Assembly (NCBI GenBank): GCA_004431415.1
Contig: QPMI01000005.1
Coordinates: 620,001-684,000 of the forward strand
Length of the DNA: 64,000 bases
Reading direction: 5' to 3'
From: Cyanophora paradoxa CCMP329
Taxonomy: Eukaryota; Plantae; Glaucophyta
Part shown: positions 36,232-47,378 of the stretch, piece by piece
How positions within the stretch are numbered: position 1 is the stretch's first letter
How the letters are laid out: each line of letters begins with the position of its first letter
Position numbers and translations under genes: made by a program
The notes under the pieces: generated by a model
Databases searched by the model: none
What the model was told of the DNA's origin: nothing
What the model saw: the letters and a program-made list of their open reading frames with translations, nothing else

Positions 36232-39200
36232 ATGGGCTGCGGGTGCAGCAAGCCCAAACCGCGGCCAGCTCCAGCCGCAGCCGCAGCCGCACCCGCTGTA
36301 GCTCGCGATCCAAAAGAGCTTGCTGTGGCACGATCCAACGATACGAAAGCTGTAGCTGGCGAGTCGGTCTGCGACGAGAAAGCCGCGGTCGCGCTAGCCG
36401 CCCTCGCGTCCGCCAGCGCTAGCTTTTGCGCCGGCGACCCGAAACGGGTACCTGCGACTGCAGTCTGCGAGCTGGACCGAGACTCCGAAGCCGCACCGGC
36501 CTCCCATGCCCCCGCCGACCTGAAAGCCGCGGCCGCATCGACCCCTGCAGCAGCCGCGGCCGATAGCTGCGGCGGCTTGAAAGCTGCAGCCGCGAGCGCA
36601 GCAGCCGCGGCCGCTGCAGAATGCGACGCGAAGCCGCAGCCCGTCCACGTCACATCGCTGGATCCGGAGGAGGTGTCTCTCGACATTCCGGACTCGCCTG
36701 GCGAGCCCGAGGAGCCGCCGGCGCCGCTGGGCGCGGGGCCGCCGCTGGAGGAGCTGCGGGCGCTGCAGCTGCGGGAGGCGCGCAGCGTCGTGCAGCTCGC
36801 CGCCCTCCTCCGCCTCGTCGCCGCCGGCGAGGCCGCCGCCCGTCGGATGGACTGCGCGGCGGACGGGCCGGCCGGGCGCGCGCTGCAGCTGCCGGTTGTG
36901 CAGGCAGCCGCCGGCGCCAGCGAGCTGCAGAAGCTCGCCGCCGCGCGGCAGCGGCTGCGGCGGCTCTGCGAGCGCGGTGCGGCGTCCTCGATCGCGCCCA
37001 TCCCGCGCGCCCGCGCGCCCCGAGCCTCGCCGCAGCGCTCTCGGCCTTCGCCGAGACGGGCGCCCCGGGCGGGGAGGACCTGGCGGACGTCTGCGGCCTC
37101 CTGGCGTCGGCCGACCCGGAGCTCTGCCGCGAGGCGCGCCGCCCCGAGCCCCCGGCCCGCTCTTAGATACGGGCCGGCCCCCGTCCGCGCCTCGCCGCGC
37201 CTGACTTTGGGCCGGCGCAGCTGGTGAACGAGCTGATCGGACGGGCGAAGGGGGCGGCGCTGGCGAACAGCGGCGTGCTGGCAGCGCTCGTGGGGGCGCT
37301 CGGCTGCCTCCCGCAGGGCGCCGGCGCCTTCACTTCGGCGGACTGGCGCGTCCTCATCGACTTCTGCTCCGAGCAGGTGCGATACCCCGCCCGATCTGAC
37401 TACCCTCTCCCCTCTCTGCTTCTCCTCCTTCTTCCCCCGTTTCCCCGCCCCTCCCCCGCCCTCGCTTCTTCCGCCTATTAAGCTTGTTCGGCTCCCCCCT
37501 CGTTCGGCCCCCCCCCCCCCCCCCGCTTCCGCCCCCTACCCCCCGACCCTCCCGCTTCCTCCTCCCTTTCCCACCCCACCTCCCTGCGCCCTCTCCTCCC
37601 TATCCCCTCCCCCACAAATCACCCTCCGATTCCACCCCCGCTCCCCCGCTTCCCCTCCCCCTTTCGTCCCGCCCCCCTCCTTTCTTCACGCCCCCCTTTC
37701 TGCCCCAGGCCCCCTTCCCCCCTCCCCCCCACCCACCCCACCCCACCCCCACCCCACCCCCCACTCCCCGTTTCCTCCCCCACACCCTGCCCCCCCTCCC
37801 CCTGCCCTCCACCCCCTCCCCTACCCCACCCCCGCACGCGCCCCTCCCTCCCTCCCTCCCCCCTCCCTCGCCAGCCCCCCAGCCCGCGCCCCGCCTCGCC
37901 GCCCCGTTTCCCCGCACCGCTGCCCCTAGCCCTTCCGTTTGCCCCGCACCCTCGCCCCGCCCCGCTTCCGCCCCTACCCCCCGGCTCCCCGCTCCCCTCC
38001 CCCCCCCGGCCCCTTCACCCCCGCTCCCCCCCTACCCCCACCTCACTCCCTCCACCCCTCTTCCGACGATTTCGCAAGCGCCACCCTCTCCGACGGGGGC
38101 GCAGCTGGCGGGGGTGAAGGGGGCGGGGCTGGCGGACCACGACGACCTCGCGCGGCTCGAGCTCGTCGCCGCCGCCCTCGCCGCCCTCGAGGCCGCCGCC
38201 GCCGCCGCCTCCCCCGCCGAAGGCCCGCCCCGGCCCTTAGGCCTCCGCTCCGCTTCGCTCTGCTGCCTCTGACAGGAGCGCAGCTGAGGCGCGGCGGCTG
38301 AGCCACGAGGCGGTCGTGAAGCCGCTGAGCGCGCGGCTGAAGGAGATCGCGAAGCAGGCGGAGGCGGCGGGGTCGTGGCGGGCAGAGGCGGCGGCCCACC
38401 TGGCGCGCGAGGTCCGCCCGGCCCCTGCGCCCCGCCCGAGCGCGGCCCGGCGCGCGTGACCGTCTCGCGCAGGCCTTGGTGCGCGCGAGCTCCGACTACG
38501 ACCGCTTCGGCGACGCTGTCCGCCGCGCGAAGGCCGCCGGTGCGCCTCTCCGGCGGCTTATTTACAATATTTTCTCACTGAAGGTCCCTCGCGCAGTGCG
38601 CGTGCTGGAGAAGCTGTACAGGGCGGGCAAGCTGGTGGCGGAGGGGGTGGCGAGCTTCGGCGTGACGACCGTCCTCGACGCCATCTTTTGGATCAAGGCC
38701 CGCCCCGCCCACCGAGCCCGAGGTCGCCCGCGCTGATTGCCCGCAGGAGAATCGCGGCGAGGCGCGGGAGGCGCTCCGGGAGATGTGGAGCGACGTCCGG
38801 ACCATCGCTGGGGCCGACCACCCCGAGAAAGCCGAGGCCTGGTCCGCCCGCCCTTGTCCGACATCGATTCGAAGCGTTTGCATTTCGAGCCGACGCCGCT
38901 TTGCAGGTTCGTGCGGGCGCGGCTGGTGGGGACGCTGGCGGAGCGGGGCCGGCTGGAGGAGCTGCGGGCGCTGCTGGACGCGCCAGCGATGGCGGAGGTC
39001 GCTCGCAGCCGCAAGCTCGCCCTCGCCCTCTGCGCCGCCCTCGTCGCCGTGCGTCCCGCCTCGCAGCGGGCAAGGACCCCACACCGACGCCGACGCAGGC
39101 CGTGGAGCGCGCGGGAGACGGCGAACGCGGCGCGGCCGCCGCGGAATCCGCAGTGAAGCTGCTCGAGGCGTGCGCGGAGGCGGCGGCGGGGCTCAAGGAC

Positions 39201-42200
39201 GGCGCCGCCTCGCTGCGGGCGGCGGCGGCGGCGCTGGCGCACGTCGCGGCTCTGGACAGTGTCGGCTCTGCGCCAGCTGCAGCCCTGCAGGCACTCTGCC
39301 GGCTGGCGGCTCTCATGTCTGCGCGGGCGTCGGTGGAGGAGGCTGCGGCGCGCTTCAGCATCGGCCTCGAGACCGGTGGCGGTCCAACGAGACGCCTCAA
39401 GCCGGCCGCACGCGTGCGGGGGACGGCACAGCCATCTTCGGGGACCGCGGGGCGGAGCGCGCTCGTCCTTGCGGCTCTCAAGGCGGAGGAGGAGCGCAAC
39501 CCCGAGCAGCGGCTGAGCGATGTGCTCTCTGGGGTGCGTCTTGCCGCGGCGCCGACGCCCCGGCCCGTTTGCCGTGCGCAGACTCACAGCGAAGCAGGCG
39601 CGGGAGGAGTTGCTCGACCGGTACAAAGAGGAGATGGAGAGCGACCTGTACGTGCCGGCGCGCGCTGCAGCGGACATCGATGGCAGACTCGCGGCGGACG
39701 AGGGGCGGCGCTTCGATCTCGACGCCGCCCTCGACGCCTTCGCGGCCTCCGGCGCCGCGCCCGGCGGGAGCACAGCCGGCCACCGCGTGCTCCTTCTCAC
39801 AGGTCAGGCATCGCGCAGTCAGCTTGCGTTCTTCACTGGAAGCTGTGCCTATTTCTCGCATTAACATGTATATCGCACCCGGCCGTGCAGGTGACTCCGG
39901 CTGCAGCAAGACGACGAGCCTGCGGCGGCTGCACAGGCGCCTGCTCGAGCAGTGGCGCCCGGCCGCGGGCTCTCCTTTTCCCGTCCTCATCTCCCTGCCC
40001 GCCGTCACTGTCTCGGAGTTGGACCTCGTCGAGGAGCTCGTCGCCAAGGCGGGCCTGCACGACGGCGACCGCGAGCTGAGGGAGGCGCTGCAGCAGAGGT
40101 GCGTCGGGCCCTGAGGGTTCCGAACATCTCTTCGTTCCTGACTTCAGACTCGTTGCCGGCACGGTCGCTAGGGTCAAGCTCCTCGCGCTGCTGGACGGCT
40201 TCGACGAGGCGCGTGCACGCTGCGCGCACGTCGCGCTTCGCTCTTGACCGGCCCCTCTGACCTCGCGCCTCGCAGACGGGGAAGAGCGACGCTCTCCACA
40301 TCCTGTTCCCGAAGCTCAAGTCGTGGGCCGCCCGCGTCGTCGTCGCCTGCCGCGCCCAGTACCTCCCGAGCCTCGGCGCCGATCCAAAGGTGCACAGATT
40401 AAAATCGAAAAATCTGCATCACCGCTCGATAAGTGAAGATTCGAAACGCTTAGCCTTTTTTCGTTGCTGCAGAGCTTTTTCCTGCTCGATTCGATCGGGG
40501 CACCCAAGCAAGTCTGCGAGGCGTGGACGTGCCCCTTCAACCGGGACCAGATTGGAGCGTACGTGGGGCAGTGGCTCGCTGCGAATCCGGACCCCGAGCG
40601 CGACTTCGACTGGTACATGAAGCAGATCAACACGATCCTCGGCCTGCTCGACATCATCCGCACGCCCTTCGTCCTCTCCATCGCCTGCAAGGAGCTCCCG
40701 TACATCGACAAGAAGATGTGCGCTTGTGCTACGTACTGAGAAGCGGCGTTGCAAGCTAGTGACTGCTGATTCCGGTCATGCGGGTGCAGGCAGGAGAAGC
40801 AGAAGGAAGGATCTGTGCGCGTGCTGCTGCGCGATGTGTACGACGCGTTCGTCGCCGGGTTGTTCAAGCGGGAGGAGGAGAAGCGGGCGGGGCAGGGGCG
40901 CTTCAAGCGCTTCGCCGTCAACTGCCGCAATTTCTGCCGGGCTCTCGCCATTTTGATGGACCAGCTGGTGCGCAATAGCTACCTGTAGCGCGCACGCGCT
41001 AGGGCATAAATACGGGTTTTCGTACCTCTAGCTAATCTCGTAACCTCGCAGGCCACGACCGTCTTGACAGTGGATCTGCAGCTTTCGTTCGGCGTGCTGA
41101 ATCTGAAGAAACGGCACACAGATGCCGACGAGACAGAGCCGGATCCGACGGCGAAGGCCGCCGCGCTGCTCACCAGCGAGAAGAACCAGGAGTTCATCAA
41201 GGCTTCTCCGCTGAAGACGGTGTCGGAAGGCGACGGCAAAACGTCGTACAGCTTCGCGCACGCGTCGCTGAAGGAGTACTTCGTCGCCGACAGCATCCTG
41301 CCGTACCTCGACGCCCGCCTCGCGGCCGACCCGTCCGCCGCGGTCGGCTCCCTGCGTCGCACATCCGCAACGTTCGCTTCTGAGACATTGTCCGCTTTGA
41401 AAAGTTCTTAGAATCGCCTTCGATTACGCAGGTGGATGGGGAGCGGGGCGGACGTTGTGGGCGGGCTCGGCCGCCGGCTGCTGGTGGACGACTCGGCTGT
41501 GATGCGGTTCCTCGCTGACCGCGCCCGCTCCGACCCGCCCTTCGTCGAGGTGCGAACTGTGCGATTGTGTTCAGGTGTCAATGTACTCCCTCGTTAAATC
41601 GGGTTCCGTGCACAGGCACTGTGGGAATGTGTGCGGAAGTCGGCACAAGACGGTTCACAGAGCGTGCTGTTTGCAGCCGCCAATGCGATGACGATCTTGA
41701 ATCACGGTCCGCGATATTTCTGCTTTTGAATTGAAATTGATATCTGGCTTACTTTTGGCTTAACAAACGCGCAGCCGGCACCTCGTTCGCGGGCAAGGAG
41801 CTGCGGGGCGTTCGGGTGCCTGGAGCGGACCTGTTCCGGCTGGAGGCCGCGGGGGCGGACCTGCGCGGGGCGGACCTCAGCGGAGCGCTGCTGGACGAGG
41901 CGAACCTCGCGGGGGCCGACCTGCGCGGCGCCGACCTCACCGGCTGCCGCCTCAGCGTCAGGCCAACGTGTGAGATGAAATCTGAAGTGCGCAGCGTCGC
42001 AGTCGTGCGGGTGCGCGCGCTGTTATGCGATTATTCAGTTGCATCCATCTTTCTGTGAGCTTTGCTTCCAGGATGGTCGCTCTGTAGTCGCTGGATGCGG
42101 GGACGGGGCGGTCTGCTTTATCGATGTCGAGACGAATTGCGAGGTTCGACGTATACAGGCGAGCGACCGGCCCGTAAAGTCCTTCGCTTTATCTGCGGTG

Positions 42201-45200
42201 AGAGTGACATTCGAAACTTTATGATCATGAATCCTGCCGTTAATGTATCTATACAATCATGTGTGTGCATCCAGATCCTGCTGTTGACGCGCGCGTTGCT
42301 CAGGATGGCACAATGCTGGGATGGGGAGGTATGAACACCATCGTCGAGCTGTGGAATCACGAAGATGGGACTCAGCCCCGCATCCTGAAGTTAGAGGGGC
42401 ACACGGACTGGGTGACCTCAGTGGCTTTCTCGCCGGTGCAAAAACTGCCGTGACCCGTGCGCGAATCAAAACTCATTCTTGCGATGCGACAGGATGGTGC
42501 AACTCTGGCGTCAGGGAGCTACGACACGACTGTGCGGCTCTGGAGCGTGGCGGACGGGGCGCTTCTCTGCACCCTCAAGGGGCATGAGGACACGGTCTCC
42601 TCCATAGCCTTTTCGCCAGTGCATACTGCATACATTTTTGGAACTTCGATAAGTTTTGCAAGTTTCTCATAATTGCTCGTCATTTTTTTAGGACGGCGCA
42701 GTGCTGGTGTCTGGAAGCATTGGCGCGACTGCGCGGCTGTGGAGCGTGGCGGAGGGGACAGAACTGCGGGTCCTCACGCTGCAGGTGTCTATAACGACGG
42801 CGGCTTTCTCGTCGGTGCGGCAGCTTAGAACTTCGCCTCTGCCAGAGAGCACCGGATGCTCGATCACGAGCTCATGGTTAAGTTGGGGGCCGAGCAGGAT
42901 GGACGAACGTTGGCGTTCGGCTGTGACGACGGCACTGTCCAGCTCTGGAGCGCTGCAAATGGAGCACTCCTCTTCTCGCTTGAGGGGCACACAGCCTCTA
43001 TCTCTTCTGTGGCATTCTCGCCGGTGCGCCCAGTTCGTAGTCTACATGCACAACTGAGAGCTATATCGCTCTCGATCTCTTGACGCCGCTCCTGCACAAT
43101 TGCAAATGTTAACATATCCACATGCAGGATAGCGCGACCCTGGCATCCGGGAGTTCCGACAAAACCTTGCGGCTGTGGAGAGTTGCAGATGGGACACTTC
43201 TGCGCGCCCTCAGCGGACATAAAGAAAGCGTGAAGTCCGTGGCATTCTCGCCGGTGAGACGCGCACAGTGTCAGCGAATTGTCGGGTGGCCGTGCATTCT
43301 GTTAACGTGGCTCTTTGCTCATGTCACCAATGCTTGCAGGATGGAAGATCGCTCACGTCTGGCGGCGATGACAAGACCGTACGGTTCTGGAGTATGCACG
43401 CGGCGGATGGCCACGCGGCGCTGCTCCGCGTCTCTGAGGGGCACAGAAGTCTAGTGAAGTCGTTGGCATTCACATCGGTGCGTAAACATGTACATACCCA
43501 TGCAGATCTAGAAGGCAATTTAATGGGCTTGACAAGATCTAGATCTAGACGAGGACACACACGCATCTCTTGCATTAGCAAACAACACAACTTCAATGAG
43601 TTTCACATCGCCCAAGACATATATATCCGACTAGAGCATTCACGTCAGTGCCTATGACTAGAGCTAGTGGAAGCGAATTTACCAATATGCACAGATTATT
43701 TGGCAATTGAAGGCCTAGGACTTGATCATGACAAGCTTTTGCCGAAGAGGCATTAGAAAGCGGGGGCACATGTCGCGCGTCCAGCTCAATCTCGTGCTGT
43801 GCTAAATCTCAGCAGGACGCCAAAGAGCTGGTGTCGTATGGAAGATCTATTAGAGGGTCAGACGAGACCGTACGGATCTGGAGTGTCCCAGATGGGACTT
43901 CGCTCAACGTGGTTGAGCCCATGTCCGGGAGACACACGGATGAGAAGATCTGTGCTGCTTCACTTTTCCCAGTGCGAGCCATCCGAGTTCAAAATAGGTC
44001 ATCCAGTATAATCATATATATACAGATATAAATCATCATCTATAATCATAAGTACAGTCTATATAGCTAGCTGTCTTTCGTTTGCATCTATAATATTAAT
44101 CATAAGTACGTGTACAGTCTAGCTGTCTTTCGTTTGTGCTTACGCGGCCGAGTTGCACGTGGGCAGGACGGCAAGAGTCTGGCGTTGGGGACGTCACGAG
44201 GCAACGTGCGGCTGTGTAGCGCAGTGGACGGAGCACTACAATGTATCTTTTCGGGACACAATAAAATGATTGTGTCGGTAGCTTTTTCACCGGTGCGGCC
44301 CGCGGAGAACGAGATGCAAAAACGAGTTGCTCAAGATGCAAAGATACGAAAGTTTGTGTACCAGCGACGCTAATGATTTTGGGCTGTGCGTGCGCAGAAT
44401 GGCAAAATTTTGGCCTCGGGAAGCAGAGACAAAACCGTGCGGCTTTGGAATACAGTCGACCAGGTATTGCTTCGAGTCTTGGAGGGACACGTGCTTGAAG
44501 TCACTTCTTTGGCGTTCTCGTCGGTGAGCGGCTTGCTTTTCGCGATCTGACATCTAGAACACATGCTCACGAGAAGGCCACGGGTAGGACTGCACGATGC
44601 TTGTGTCAGGAAGCTCGGACAAGACGTTGCGACTGTGGAGCGTGGCTGACGGGGCAGCGCTCGGCATTTTCAAGGGACACACGAGCTACATTTATTCAGT
44701 GGCTTTCTCGCCTGTGCGCAAGCGTTTAGTGCTTGTGCGCAAGCCTTTAGACTCGAAATGTGATACGGGCTGCGGTGGATGCAGGATGGTAAAATCCTGG
44801 CATCGGGCAGTCACGACCGAACCGTGCGTATGTGGAGCGTTGCTAAGAAAGAAGTGCTTCACGTCCTCGAAGACGATACTGGAATCGTCATGGCAGTGGC
44901 ATTCTCGCAGGTGCAAGCGGCTGCGTTTCTAACTATATGCCCTAGCTATAGCTAGAGCTCGAGGCTCACAAATCCTCTGGATCGGAGCCCTGTACCTGGT
45001 GCAAGCAGACGCGCTTCTAGCTATAGATTTATATTTTTTTTGGACCTTCGGATTCTATATTGATCGCTTATTCGAGCGAGACGGCAGGATAGCGAAACGC
45101 TGGCGTCGGGCGGCGCGGACGGCGCCGTGCGGCTGTGGGGCGTGGCGAGCGGGGCACACCTCCGCGTCCTCAGGGGGCACGCGGATATAGTTTCTGCTGT

Positions 45201-45812
45201 GGCTTTCGCTCCGGTGAGAGCTGTCTGGGGTAAAACTATAATTTAGCTGTAGGGGTCAGGCTGAGTAATATTATATATGAGGCTAGCGAACCCCAGCTCA
45301 CATTTTACATTTACATAGCTAAGCGCACCCCAGTTCATCATTTTATACTTGCAATGCTAATTATAAGCGTACAATTACGTTTACTCATGCTTTGAATCCG
45401 ATCCTAACAGGATGGCAAGACGCTGGCATCCGGCAGCCACGACGAGTCCATCCGACTCTGGAGCGTGGCGGGTGGGGCCCCTGTCAGCATCCGCCGCCTT
45501 GGGGCTGCGATGCCCTTCGACCCTCACGGGGCCATCGTGCGCGCCACTTTGTACCTTGCTTCGATGCTGCTTCCAATATTTTTCCCCGGCCCTGAACCTC
45601 TGCAGGCGGACGCGGCGACGCAGGCGCACGAATTGCTGCGGCGCGTGTTCGCTCAGGGTGGCGGTGTGGGGTGGCTTCTGGATCCCACCGTGACATCCAC
45701 GCCGCCAACGTCGTCGATATCGATGCCTGCATCGGCGCCCGGATGCACGGGCGACGACACACCAGAAGGCGCGCAGGAGAGCAACCCGTGCTTCGCCGCA
45801 GCGCTTACATAG
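36232..45812 (+). CDS. NLR-like STAND protein copy B: N-acylation motif, ARM-like, NACHT, pentapeptide, 14x WD40 (~34 exons)
   Basis: Same motifs as A. WD40 exons start at about 42072, 42304, 42493, 42692, 42898, 43128, 43340, 43816, 44167, 44398, 44588, 44785, 45088 and 45410, each beginning D/N after AG and (except the last) ending before GT. Confidence 0.92.
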
Positions 45813-45984
45813 TAGACTCCAGTCTATCATGAGCGATAAGAAAGCAACACGTCTCTCCGACGTTGCAAAAGACTCTGACTGAGAGGACGTCGACGTTGCG
45901 TTGAATGTTCCGAAGATGCTAGCTAGTTCTCGAACGCATATGCACGACAATCCGTGCTTCGCCGCACAGCGCTAACATAGCTTT

Positions 45985-47378
45985 AGGAGGCCCCAATTTG
46001 CAATCTCTTATATATATAATTATGCATATGATCGATATGAAATCAACACATGTACATATCTCGAGGGTTCCGAGCTCTGGCCCATATGCAGGATCCTGCG
46101 CCGCAGGATCCTGCAGCCCTGCAGGCGCCCCTCTAGATCTGGACCGCCGGGGCCGTGCGGCCGCGGGCGGCGATCGCGAGCCAGCGCAGGTACACCGTCT
46201 CGAGCTCGCTCGCTGTCAGAACGCAGCGCTAGCGTTTGGTATGATCACGATACCTCGCGATCGGACTGCAAAGCTCAACAGAGTGGGGATGGGGGAAGGG
46301 GAGAAAGGAGGACGGGGGGGGGGGGGGGACTGGGGTGACCTTGTGTATGCATAGGGGCAGGGGGGCGCCGGGGCAGGGGGCAGGGGGGCATATATAGGGA
46401 GAGAGGAGCAGGGGGCAGGGGGCGCCGCCCCTGCCGCCCCGTCACGAGTCAGGCCCTTCACTTAACGAGCCGGGAAGGGATTACTAAAGCCGGCGGGCGC
46501 CGGGGCGGGCAGTCGAACTGCAAACGACGGCGAACGACAGGTCGAGCACGAAAACCAGTCATAAAACTGACGCTAGTATCAACACTACGATCAGAATTCG
46601 AACCAGACTGAACTAAACTAGAAGACGGGGAACGCTGGCGCCGGAGGGATACAACCGGCTTTGGGCCATGCATATGGCCAGCGGCGATATTTTTATTTAT
46701 AGTATACGTATCTTTAATTTGATCATGAGTTCTAGATTTGCAGAATGTCAAGGGGGTGGATTACCTCTAGTTCACCCCATCTTCTGGCGTTTGGGACCTC
46801 AGGAAGGAAGCGGGACCTCAGGGAATGCATATGGGGGGAAATCAAGAAGCGTCGAGTCGAGAGGGGCGGCGTCATTTTTTATACAGTATCTTTGAGTTCT
46901 GCACTGCAGCAGAGTGGCCCAGTGGCCCACCCTGGCAGTGACATGTTGGCAGCTCGGGCTCCACGGAACTTCGGAAGTCCCTGTCACTACATGTTCGTGT
47001 TTGTTCATGATCATCGGTTGCTGTTGCAATTGCTTGTTCAAGCAGCCACAACAGCCGCGGCCAATTAAATTTCACAGCTGCAGCTCTGTTCAAGGTTGCT
47101 TGTTCAAGCACTGCCAGGCTGATCATGATCAGGTCTACGTAATTCTCAATATCGACCGACTCGGATTATATAATATCTCATTTCACAATTCGATCAATTT
47201 TTACAGCTGCATCTCTGTTGCTTGTTCAAGCACTAGCACTGCCAGGCTGATCAGGTCTAGGTAATTATACTCAATATCGATCGACTCGGATTTGATTCAT
47301 ATCTCATTTCACAATTCGAACACAAGGAGCCATGGCCATGGCCATGACCAGCGACACCCTCAGATCTCCTAGGCTAGG
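45985..47378. repeat. Non-coding spacer of the tandem cassette (near-identical copy at ~60190-61574), with an internal ~130-bp tandem duplication at ~47070-47320
   Basis: Direct sequence match between the two spacers. Internal repeat ..TTGCTTGTTCAAGCACT..GCCAGGCTGATCA..CTCAATATCGA..ATCTCATTTCACAATTCGA occurs twice. Confidence 0.9.

Noticed and set aside
39049-39098. Apparent 1-bp frameshift in NACHT-WD40 copy B (CAGCGGGCAAG vs CAGCGGCGCAAG)
   Set aside because: It falls inside a GTGCGT..GCAG segment that reads as a phase-0 intron (50 nt in B, 51 in A/C), so it is not evidence of pseudogenisation.
42072-45470. Regular repeat/unique alternation resembling a CRISPR array
   Set aside because: The repeats are divergent WD40-coding exons separated by GT-AG introns; no identical direct repeats and no cas genes.
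46800-46870. DLRECIWGEIKKRRV resembling the Tc1/IS630 'DLNPIE..W..LK' motif, and a PBS-like TGGCGCC at ~46636
   Set aside because: Too short and degenerate; no other DDE motifs, TIRs or LTRs found.
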